The position numbers and the translations under genes were made by a program. The notes below the pieces were generated by a model. It was not told where the DNA came from. It was given only the letters and a program-made list of their open reading frames with translations, and searched no databases. Shown here one piece after another: positions 45,492 to 53,972 of a DNA stretch of 64,000 nucleotides. Numbering within the stretch: the first letter of the stretch is position 1; every line of letters starts with the position of its first letter. Source of the stretch: a virus; the IMG/VR virus record IMGVR_UViG_3300012953_000020, positions 26,911 to 90,910 of that record, one strand, 5' to 3'.

Positions 45492-47389
45492 TATACAACC
45501 TTAAAGGTAAAAGAAGAGTCAAAAAGAACCGTCTCACCGTTAATATCACTAAAGATCTCTATTTTATAAGTGTACCCAGCGTTAAGCGTTCCTGATTTAA
45601 TGATAGTTGAAAATGTGTTTCCGTACAAGCCCATCTTAGTAGAGTCAGGGAATGTATGGAAAATGACAGTTTCACCTGATGTTAATTCAGAAACCTTGTA
45701 TATTAAATCGCCAGAAAAGCATTCTGGATCTTTTCTTGTCTTGCTAGCAGAATAATTTTTAGAACTAACGGTTGCAGTGCAAGAGATATTAATATCTTCA
45801 TGCGCTGAATATTCTGACTTTCTGTTCTTAAAAGCTATTGAAACAGAAGTAATGTCAAAGTCAGAATAATTGTCGTTGTAAACTCTAGCTTTTCTATTTT
45901 CAAATGTTATTGCAGAATCTGTAGTCTGCCACTTTAGATCAACGTCGAACCCAGTTGGATCTGCCACTAGGGCTTTTTTTATGTAAGAATTGTTACTAGG
46001 TAGTGTGAATGAAGCCTGATATACACCTACTAACCTACTTGCGTCTGATGAGCGATTGACTTGACTAAAATTTACTGACTGTGTGAATGAACCAGAGACC
46101 ACCTTTAGAACTCCGCAGTTATCACCGGCCAATTGAGCGCCTGAGTTATCAAAAAGATTAGAAGAAGCCACACCCTTTTTAGTCTTTAAGATCACTGTGT
46201 TAGACTTATCCAAGTATATTCTGTTAGAATCGTCGATTATTGAATCATCGAACACAACCCTGAGTCTGGGTGTTAGAAGCTTATTTTTGATATGTCTAGA
46301 AGCAAACCTCTTTACAAACCTGGTTCTGCTGTCTGTATCGTAAGAGCCGCTGAACCCTATCCTAAAGCCGTTATTGTTAATCAAGCCCTTTAAGCTGGCT
46401 GAAACTGCGTTGGTAATATCAAATACAAGATCCTGGTTTGGTTCTGACAAATATTTAGAAGACCCTAAATCGATCTTAGTGGTTCCAAAAGAGGCAGAAG
46501 TTATAATATCTAGATGAGATGTGTTGTGGCCACCGGCAAATTTGGATGCAGATAATCTGGTGGCCCCATTTGCTAAAGTTATAGCAGTGTTTCCAGTTAG
46601 CCCAGTGTCATTCTGTTTTAAAGTGACAACTGCAGAACCACTCGGATCTGTTGGTGTAATCCTTAGATCTCCACTAGTCCTAGAAAGCTCAATCGCTGTA
46701 AATATTCTAGAAGCTATGACGGCAGTTGTGGCAGCGCCGTTTATACCGAATGTGTAGTTTGTCGCGTCTGTTCTAGTTGCCGAGTCTGATCCTGGGTTAG
46801 CTAAGAAAGACACAACGCTTGTTCCGTCATTGAGCGTAAACCCAACAGTGTTATCCCAACCAGCAGTGCCTGTCACAGTGACTGATCCCTCTGCGACGGT
46901 CGCATCATTTCCACCCGCAGCGCTCGCTCCTTCAGATTTCCATAACGTGGCAGATGCTGAGGTGAAAGAAGAAGTTAAATAATTGGCTGCGCCTAAATCA
47001 TTAAAAAGGTTAACGTCTATCCCAAATCCTTCTTCAAAATCTCGTACTAACGGATTACATATCGCTGAAAAATTAAATGGCTTTTGTAGGCCTGAGCTTA
47101 CGTCATTTAATTCAAGATATGCCTTAAACCCCCTGGAGCCCTTTATGTCAGCTATGCTAGAAGTCAATTTACCGACCTTGGAATAGTCAAACTTGATTAG
47201 CAGAGCAGATTTCTCCATTATATTCGAAGTTACAAAGTTTCCACCCTCTATAACGCCTGACTCTTCGAAAAGCTTAAATAGATCTAAGGTGGCAGCTCTA
47301 CCTGTGTTAGAATTTTTAGATCTATATTTGTTATCAATAACTTTGTCTGTTATATAACAGTCTTTGCTGGCGGTAATTACTAGTTGCAC
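45491..47389 (-). CDS. Baseplate-associated protein, DNRLRE-like beta-sandwich, with one inserted module (632 aa)
   Basis: ASKDCYI...SALLIKFD...NNGF...FASR...PRLRV pattern. GTG start overlaps the gp6 TAG. Insert at about 46529-46908. Confidence 0.55.
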   Translation of the reverse strand: MQLVITASKDCYITDKVIDNKYRSKNSNTGRAATLDLFKLFEESGVIEGGNFVTSNIMEKSALLIKFDYSKVGKLTSSIADIKGSRGFKAYLELNDVSSGLQKPFNFSAICNPLVRDFEEGFGIDVNLFNDLGAANYLTSSFTSASATLWKSEGASAAGGNDATVAEGSVTVTGTAGWDNTVGFTLNDGTSVVSFLANPGSDSATRTDATNYTFGINGAATTAVIASRIFTAIELSRTSGDLRITPTDPSGSAVVTLKQNDTGLTGNTAITLANGATRLSASKFAGGHNTSHLDIITSASFGTTKIDLGSSKYLSEPNQDLVFDITNAVSASLKGLINNNGFRIGFSGSYDTDSRTRFVKRFASRHIKNKLLTPRLRVVFDDSIIDDSNRIYLDKSNTVILKTKKGVASSNLFDNSGAQLAGDNCGVLKVVSGSFTQSVNFSQVNRSSDASRLVGVYQASFTLPSNNSYIKKALVADPTGFDVDLKWQTTDSAITFENRKARVYNDNYSDFDITSVSIAFKNRKSEYSAHEDINISCTATVSSKNYSASKTRKDPECFSGDLIYKVSELTSGETVIFHTFPDSTKMGLYGNTFSTIIKSGTLNAGYTYKIEIFSDINGETVLFDSSFTFKVV

Positions 47390-49311
47390 TATCTCACACT
47401 CACCCTAATGTCGAAATCAGGATACTTAAGTTCAAATATCCCGTTTTTTTGAGGAAAGACGTATCCCTTTTCCATAATGATGTCAAAAGGTTCGCTTATA
47501 CCGTAATCGTATGTAGTAACGCCGTCGCCTTCTTTCACAACACCGGTCTTTGAAACTATCCGAATACCCTTAACACCATCTGAATCGTGAATTGAAGCGA
47601 CACCGTCAGATGACATTACTGCGTAGCTGATATCACCTATAGACAGAGGTTGGTTAATATGAAAGTTCTTGACTTGCAATATCTTCTTAAGGTTTGTTAT
47701 TATAGACTGTACAACATTAGCTTTTTGAGAGCCCGGGGTGGCTATCACGTTTACAAGAACACCGTAGTTATGGACAGCGGCGTCCATTATAATATAAGCA
47801 TCGTTTATTAATCTGAAAGACTCTAGGTATGTCTTTAAGTTTAACTTGAGGTTATCATTAGACACTTCCAACGGGGAAGATGAAGTATCCATGGATCCGA
47901 ACCTAACTAGCTTTCCCCTAGAACCTCTGCTAATTAATGCTATTTCTATCTGACCGTTTGCGTCAGGGGTCTCGGCGACGGCCGCCCTGTATACTCTGCC
48001 TAGCGGCGCCGGTAAGGCGTATATTCTCGCTAACAAGTCTTCTTTGGTTACTATTCTAGATTGAGAATTTCTAGCAACCGGTATTTGGTCTCGTAATTCA
48101 TTGATGGTTGGTGGAGGCGCGCCGCCGGTGGCTCTAGAGGAATTCTCTACAGCCAAGCTAGATCTGACGCCTACGGCGTCTTGGTGGTTAACGCCTGTTG
48201 GAAAAGACATATCTAGAAATTCTATCTGTCTTATTGCACCCGGGCTTACGTTATGAGCTAACCCTCCGCCGTGGCGATATTTTACGTTTATGGTCGTCTG
48301 GCGTGGCGCGACGCCTAACGTGTTAGTTCTAAGTAGAGAGTTTGGATCAAGGGCGAACCTAGAAAAAACGCGCTTGCCGTACAGGGGCATGCTTAGGTCA
48401 CCTGGATCAGGTAAGATATCATCATCGTCCGCCATGGCGTCGCCGCCACCGAATGTCAGTGTAGTAGATAAAAGTTGAGGATCAAATCTTCTAGTGTATC
48501 GATAAGGAGCCGGAGTCACGATTATCGATTGCTCTACTGTCTGTCGGCTGATATTTTTATTGTCCATTACAGTGAAGACGTTGTCTTGAGCTAGATTATC
48601 AACTTCATAATACACGTTTCCATCTGTGTCAGTTACATTTTCTATTAGACTGATATTTTGATCAGGGAGTGTTATTTCTCTAAACGGTACAAACGCGTCT
48701 TGAATAGAGAATGATTCTTCTTTTATTTCACCAGAGACGCATAGCCCTCTTAAATTTATTACTTGTCTAGTTTTTCCATTAAACTCAACACCCGGCTCGG
48801 GGGGTGGATTAGAATATTTCCATGCGAACTGTCTTTCTGGATCATTTCTTCTTAAAGAAAAATCTACATCCTCCATAAGATTAAAAGCGATTCCGCCGCC
48901 AGCATTTAGGATTGTACCTTTCTTAATGCAGGGAAGCGTTGCCTCTATTACATGACCGCTAGAGTCTAAAGGTACCTGAATATAAAAAGAAACGTAGGTT
49001 GTAGATGGGCTGGATCCATGAGTCTCAACACCCGCCATGTCAATATGTTTCTTTATATTATCAATCTCAACTGCGTCAGACCACCTTAACTCGTTAAATT
49101 GATGATCTAAATAGAACGACATAGAGTCCCCAATATACGATATCATATCGACAAACATGCCGCCCAAACCAGTTTCAGTAAAATCGTCTATGTTGTCAGG
49201 GAAGAATGTCCTAGCATGCTGAATAAGATTCTGCTTAAACCCGTCAAAGTCTCTAGCGATATAAGATCTTTTTACAATCTTCTTCTGTTTATTCTTTATG
49301 TCTTTTTCCAT
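47389..49311 (-). CDS. Baseplate wedge subunit, T4 gp6-like (640 aa)
   Basis: YIARDFDGFKQNL...DFTETGLGGMFVDMISYIGDSMSFYLD...NE and SQSRIVTKED are typical gp6/baseplate-J motifs; follows gp25. Confidence 0.9.
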   Translation of the reverse strand: MEKDIKNKQKKIVKRSYIARDFDGFKQNLIQHARTFFPDNIDDFTETGLGGMFVDMISYIGDSMSFYLDHQFNELRWSDAVEIDNIKKHIDMAGVETHGSSPSTTYVSFYIQVPLDSSGHVIEATLPCIKKGTILNAGGGIAFNLMEDVDFSLRRNDPERQFAWKYSNPPPEPGVEFNGKTRQVINLRGLCVSGEIKEESFSIQDAFVPFREITLPDQNISLIENVTDTDGNVYYEVDNLAQDNVFTVMDNKNISRQTVEQSIIVTPAPYRYTRRFDPQLLSTTLTFGGGDAMADDDDILPDPGDLSMPLYGKRVFSRFALDPNSLLRTNTLGVAPRQTTINVKYRHGGGLAHNVSPGAIRQIEFLDMSFPTGVNHQDAVGVRSSLAVENSSRATGGAPPPTINELRDQIPVARNSQSRIVTKEDLLARIYALPAPLGRVYRAAVAETPDANGQIEIALISRGSRGKLVRFGSMDTSSSPLEVSNDNLKLNLKTYLESFRLINDAYIIMDAAVHNYGVLVNVIATPGSQKANVVQSIITNLKKILQVKNFHINQPLSIGDISYAVMSSDGVASIHDSDGVKGIRIVSKTGVVKEGDGVTTYDYGISEPFDIIMEKGYVFPQKNGIFELKYPDFDIRVSVR

Positions 49312-49808
49312 TACCCAGCTGCCCTTATTATTACTTCTACAACTTGATTACTTAAATTTAACCCTGGCACTGCGTACAAGACCCTAACTCCTATCTTTGC
49401 GGTGTGTTCATTATCGGAATGCTCCGTAAAAGCCTCAAATCCTGTCAAGCTGATATAAGGCATGAACCTGCCTACAGCGTTATTAATTCTAGATATTGCT
49501 TCTTTCTCTATCTCGTCAGTCGCTAGCTCAAAAGCTAATTCTTCTAGGTTAGCCCCAAAATTGTAGTTGCCCAAACGCTCACCATGGTTTGTCATAAGCA
49601 AATTTTTAAAATTGTCTTTTATCTGATCTTTTAGGTCCTTGTGCATACGAAAAAGACCATCGCGACCAGAACCAAGCTCCAGAGGGGTCTTGATTCCGAT
49701 TAATTTTACAAACTCTGTGTCTCTCTCGTACTTGTCAAGAGTTGACTTAAGTTGTCCAGCAGACTTAAAAGTTATTTGCTTTCTATTTTGGGTTCTTTTT
49801 CTGGACAT
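49311..49808 (-). CDS. Baseplate wedge/sheath initiator, gp25-like (165 aa)
   Basis: IGIKTPL...DQIKDNFKNLLMTNHGERLGNYNFGANL...FE is the GPW/gp25 signature; RBS GAGGT. Confidence 0.9.
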   Translation of the reverse strand: MSRKRTQNRKQITFKSAGQLKSTLDKYERDTEFVKLIGIKTPLELGSGRDGLFRMHKDLKDQIKDNFKNLLMTNHGERLGNYNFGANLEELAFELATDEIEKEAISRINNAVGRFMPYISLTGFEAFTEHSDNEHTAKIGVRVLYAVPGLNLSNQVVEVIIRAAG

Positions 49809-49828
49809 CGTGGCATACCTCTGGTGTA

Positions 49829-49835
49829 TAATTAT
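49829..49835 (-). promoter_or_regulatory. Putative late promoter ATAATTA(T) upstream of the gp25-gp6 operon
   Basis: Minus strand GGGGATAATTATA, compare GGGGTATAATTA upstream of 8473. Confidence 0.55.
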
Positions 49836-49875
49836 CCCCTAGTAGAAATTTATATGTAATTTAAGTAGTATAAAA

Positions 49876-50124
49876 TCACCACTTCCCCATAGGGCACCTC
49901 TTCGTCTCTGAATAAGCTAGCATTGGATAGTAGCAGCCGCAGTCTTCGCACTTAAGAAAAGGTGTGCTACTTTTTACCAGTTTTGGACACTCATCGCAAA
50001 ATTTTCTTCTTTCGTTTGCCAATAGCGCAGAGTCTCTGTCCAGGATGCCCATCATGTGCATCGACAACTTTGTCCACCCTTCTCCTATTTGAACGCACTC
50101 TTTACAAAAACTTTCTTTGCTCAT
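49876..50124 (-). CDS. Small Cys-rich putative Zn-binding protein, DUF6171-like (82 aa)
   Basis: CKEC, R..FCDEC, CEDCGC and terminal CPMGKW. Confidence 0.7.
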   Translation of the reverse strand: MSKESFCKECVQIGEGWTKLSMHMMGILDRDSALLANERRKFCDECPKLVKSSTPFLKCEDCGCYYPMLAYSETKRCPMGKW

Positions 50125-51737
50125 TATATACCCTTCTTTGGAGTCTTTGCTGGCGCTGCTGGAGGAACCTGCGGTTCGGACTGAGCTGTTGTTGTAGTTT
50201 GCTCTGGCGGCGATGGCGAAGCGACAACTTTTTTAATTGGAGTACCAGCGGTAGCAGCAGCCATTGTTTCTCTAGGTATAGCTTGTAATATCGGCGGTAA
50301 CTCGGTCACAAGTTTAGGTTTTCCAATTTGGACAAAAGTCAACATTGTAACAGTCTTTCCGTCTAAAGAAACGTCACAATAGATTTCGTACAATCCTGGA
50401 GCCTCAAAATTATGAGTCAGGGTTCTATCAGTATATGTCGCCGGTGCGTTGCTGTGTCCTTTGCTGATTTTACGTCGGATTCTTTGCTCTAAAGGAGGAG
50501 GATTAATCAAAGAATCCTTAAAAGAGTTAAAAGCTGATGCATATGCATCAGGTGCCGGAGACTTGTTGGCGTGAACGTCAGTTAGGTGGTTAGGTGGATG
50601 ATGGACAGACCATTTGTACGTGAAATGTTCTTCACCGGTAATTTCTGTTTCAGGTTGTGCGCGAGCAGCAGGTCTGGCAGCTGCGTGATCTGGAAAAGGT
50701 TGGACCCCTGTGTCTGTGGTAAACGCATTCTTTAACTCAAAAGCAGAAATCATAAAATCAACTTTGACAGGAGATGATGGGGTCGCCGAAGCAAACATCA
50801 TGAGGTTGTTCTCTATGTTCGGAGCGCTTGTATCCACAATGCTGATCCTGGGGGGCATGTCCACAACAGGTGGAGTGGGGACGGCGCTGCTAGGATCATT
50901 TGGATCAACCCTTGATTCGTCAACAGAGACCATCCCTTTTTCTTTCATACCAAGTAACACAGCCAGTATTGGTTGTATTAGCATTAAAAAGAAAAGAAGC
51001 ATTGTTAGATAACAAAGAGGAATGTTTGGGTTTACTGTAGGAAGTTTTAGATCACAATCTGCGTCAGGTGGCAATTGGCCTATAAATTTTGCTATAGCGC
51101 AAAGATCAAAGTCTGGTATATCTGGTAATTTGAGCTTAAACAGATCTAAGCCTAATCCAATCGGAAAAAGCGTCATTGTAAAAAAAGGCAGCCCGGGTAG
51201 GCTAGGCATCCATCCGGGTATAGATATATCCAGACCGAATGCCGGTAAAGGGAAGCCTGGGAGATTTAGGCCTGGAAATGGAGGGAGCGGTATCCCGGGT
51301 AAATTCAAGTCCGGTATACCAAAAAGAGGAAGGCCTATAGCTGGTAAACTCGGTAGTCCTGGTGGGATATCAAGTATGGGCTCAAAGGCAAACGCAAAAT
51401 TTAAGTAAATGTTTCCATGTAGACTAATCTGAAGGTTTATTTCTTGACAAAGTCCTGATGATTTTGGAGCGGTGGGTTCCTGCTCTTCAGCTGGCCCTTT
51501 CCCGGCAGGGCTGGATGGTTCAAGTTCAGGACAGCAAGGTCCGCCGGCCATGCTGGGCTCACCTGTGGTGGGGTCGGTTCTATTTTTTTCTACATTTTTT
51601 TGTGCATCGTCGCAAGGTAATACACAACAGCAGCCCCCGAAAATTGGTAAGACTATGTCTGCCAAAGAGGGTATAGTACTGCTGACTATACCGCCATTAC
51701 CTGGATCATGATTACTTAGACTTTTTTCCTCGCTCAC
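50124..51737 (-). CDS. Proline-rich protein with Cys clusters, a hydrophobic helix and a PKD-like domain (537 aa)
   Basis: Hydrophobic-Pro repeats (LPGIPLPPFPGLNLPGFPLP); GGCCCVLPC; LCYLTMLLFFLMLIQPILAVLLG; FTYKWS...THNFEAPGLYEI. Confidence 0.7.
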   Translation of the reverse strand: MSEEKSLSNHDPGNGGIVSSTIPSLADIVLPIFGGCCCVLPCDDAQKNVEKNRTDPTTGEPSMAGGPCCPELEPSSPAGKGPAEEQEPTAPKSSGLCQEINLQISLHGNIYLNFAFAFEPILDIPPGLPSLPAIGLPLFGIPDLNLPGIPLPPFPGLNLPGFPLPAFGLDISIPGWMPSLPGLPFFTMTLFPIGLGLDLFKLKLPDIPDFDLCAIAKFIGQLPPDADCDLKLPTVNPNIPLCYLTMLLFFLMLIQPILAVLLGMKEKGMVSVDESRVDPNDPSSAVPTPPVVDMPPRISIVDTSAPNIENNLMMFASATPSSPVKVDFMISAFELKNAFTTDTGVQPFPDHAAARPAARAQPETEITGEEHFTYKWSVHHPPNHLTDVHANKSPAPDAYASAFNSFKDSLINPPPLEQRIRRKISKGHSNAPATYTDRTLTHNFEAPGLYEIYCDVSLDGKTVTMLTFVQIGKPKLVTELPPILQAIPRETMAAATAGTPIKKVVASPSPPEQTTTTAQSEPQVPPAAPAKTPKKGI

Positions 51738-53593
51738 TTTATCTTAATCGCCTTGCTCATGCTAGCCTTAAGGTTTTTGTGGAATTCATCTAAAAACAGC
51801 TGGCCGGAAGTTGGGTTTGTAATGGGAGATCCAGAATTTCCTAAAGATGCCAACACACCAGCGGCGGGTTTCTTGCTTGTTGTTCCAAAAGCGCCTGCAG
51901 TCGCATCGGTGCATCCTGTTAACTGCGCGACGTTTGTGGCAAACGCCATTAACGTATCAGCGAGCTCTTCAGCCAGAAAGACAGTGTACTTCGCGTCTTG
52001 ACCGCCTATGTATACATTATCATTCGAGTTCATATTTGATGTACCCTCTAGAGCAGCTCCGCTTAAGTGACCGTTACCTATTACAACTCTAGGGCCGTCT
52101 ATAACAATCGTCCCATCAGGTTCTATGGTGATAACAGCTCTTTCGCCTTCAGGGGGCTTTCCAGATGCATTCCCGGGTTCCCGGGGTTTACCTTCCTTTA
52201 TTATCCTGATGGAACCGTTGATTTTCGGATCGGCCGCGGCGTCTGGATCTTTTCTAGCTATGATTCTGACGTGGTCAGACTTCACGACTATAGCAGCTCC
52301 TTCACCTTCAGCAACCTCTAACCCACCAGGCAGTTGAGCCATTTGCTCCTTTAAACCAAAATCAGTGTCTGGCTTTGAGTCAGCGGTTACGTATATTCGG
52401 CTGGCATCATACCTAAAGTCTGGATCACCCTCTATCGGATTATCAGTTTGGTTCTCTATATCTTCCAGGTAGCCTTGGGGATTTTTGGAAACCTCTACTA
52501 TTCCTTCGCCTCTAGAACCTGACGGGTGGACTGTCTTTTTTACCCTGGGGAAGGCCATGGCGTGGCCGCCTTTCATTTCTTTTCCAGGCGGATCGGTATC
52601 AGCAGTCGGAAATTTATGATCAGCGCCAGCTTTTCTTGTTCTCAGAGATCTACCAGCAACAATATCAATGGCGGCGGAGAATGTCGACTTGTCTGGAGGC
52701 GTATCTGGCTCTTGGGGGTTTATTAAAGTGGCGCTGGATCTTATTAAATCGCTACCACTACCTTCTAGTTTAACATCAACAAGATCTTTTATTCTATCGG
52801 CGTCAGCTGGTTCTTCATGAAACCCGCCTTTAAACCCCCTAGTCGTACCCAGAGTGATGCTGGTATTGTTTGATCCTTGTAGAACCATATCTCCAGGCAT
52901 TTTTGTCAATCTAGGGACGGGTTCAAACTTAAATGAATTATAAGCCAGGGATCCCGTGACAGCTATATCATACGCTTCTTCACTAGACCCGAAAGTAAAA
53001 CCATCACTCTCGGCAGTACCGTTTGGGAACCCATACATTTCTGGATCTTCAGCCATGGCTGACTTTGGTTCTCTTTTATTGGCTATGTCAGCGCTGTCTT
53101 TTTTGCCAACGTCTAGACCCACATAGTGGTGGAATCTATCCTCGTGGGTGTAGTTAACGTCGTCGGTATCTGTCCAAGTTGGAACCCTGCACATCCAGTA
53201 AAAAACTTGAGCGGCTTTTCCCAGGGGAGCTGGACTAATTAACCAGACATGCTCTCCCGGCTTAATTGGGAAACAAAGGTGGGGAGGAAAGAAAGGTAAA
53301 CAGATGCTGACGGTTTCTGCTCTTTTTCCTTGACCATCAGTTATCACTTTGGCTATGACTGAATTTCTAGGAGCGCGTTTTATAAAAGAATGATTAGAAA
53401 CCGCGTTTTTAGGGTACTTCTTATCAAAGTCCCTTTGTTTTCGAAATGCAGCCGGATCGTTAATAACATCAATTACGACCGCTTTTTGGAATACTGTATC
53501 GGGTGTCGAGTTAGCAAGGGCCGGTCCTGATTTGTCTCTAGCTTTTGACTCAAAAGCTATTTCTGCTGCATTATCATCATAATCAATAGCCAT
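51734..53593 (-). CDS. Baseplate hub/central spike, gp5/gpV-like (619 aa)
   Basis: OB-fold-like N-terminus (AVVIDV...LPFFP.HL.FPIKPGEHVW...YW), then GDMVLQGSNNTSITLG and IVVKSDHVRIIAR beta-strand repeats; upstream of gp25. Confidence 0.7.
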   Translation of the reverse strand: MAIDYDDNAAEIAFESKARDKSGPALANSTPDTVFQKAVVIDVINDPAAFRKQRDFDKKYPKNAVSNHSFIKRAPRNSVIAKVITDGQGKRAETVSICLPFFPPHLCFPIKPGEHVWLISPAPLGKAAQVFYWMCRVPTWTDTDDVNYTHEDRFHHYVGLDVGKKDSADIANKREPKSAMAEDPEMYGFPNGTAESDGFTFGSSEEAYDIAVTGSLAYNSFKFEPVPRLTKMPGDMVLQGSNNTSITLGTTRGFKGGFHEEPADADRIKDLVDVKLEGSGSDLIRSSATLINPQEPDTPPDKSTFSAAIDIVAGRSLRTRKAGADHKFPTADTDPPGKEMKGGHAMAFPRVKKTVHPSGSRGEGIVEVSKNPQGYLEDIENQTDNPIEGDPDFRYDASRIYVTADSKPDTDFGLKEQMAQLPGGLEVAEGEGAAIVVKSDHVRIIARKDPDAAADPKINGSIRIIKEGKPREPGNASGKPPEGERAVITIEPDGTIVIDGPRVVIGNGHLSGAALEGTSNMNSNDNVYIGGQDAKYTVFLAEELADTLMAFATNVAQLTGCTDATAGAFGTTSKKPAAGVLASLGNSGSPITNPTSGQLFLDEFHKNLKASMSKAIKIK

Positions 53594-53596
53594 TGC

Positions 53597-53962
53597 TTAT
53601 TCCTTGATCTGTGAGAACAGATCGTCTGGATCTATCTTACTATTTTCTGCTTCTGCTCTTGCAATCACTTCAGCTAACTTCAGAAGTTGCTCATTCGATT
53701 TATTCATTCTCTCTAAATACTTCGATAATATCGCGCCAATGGCGGCATGCTCTGCGATACCTGTCCTCATGTGAGTGTAGGCTTCGACAAATAAAACATG
53801 AGCGTTTTGTCTATCTAAGTTTGCGTTTTCATAAATTTCTTTCCATAGAAGCTTTTTTTTGTCTTCTGAGCTGGTTAGTTCAGAAAGCATATCTTCAAAC
53901 TTTTTAGTTTTTTCTTCTATACTCTGTAGTTTCTCTAACGCAACAGTTAAGTCATCGACCAT
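53597..53962 (-). CDS. Hypothetical helical protein (121 aa)
   Basis: RBS AGGGGTG; amphipathic helical sequence (LWKEIYEN...KYLERMNKSNEQLLKLA). Confidence 0.8.
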   Translation of the reverse strand: MVDDLTVALEKLQSIEEKTKKFEDMLSELTSSEDKKKLLWKEIYENANLDRQNAHVLFVEAYTHMRTGIAEHAAIGAILSKYLERMNKSNEQLLKLAEVIARAEAENSKIDPDDLFSQIKE

Positions 53963-53972
53963 CTTACACCCC

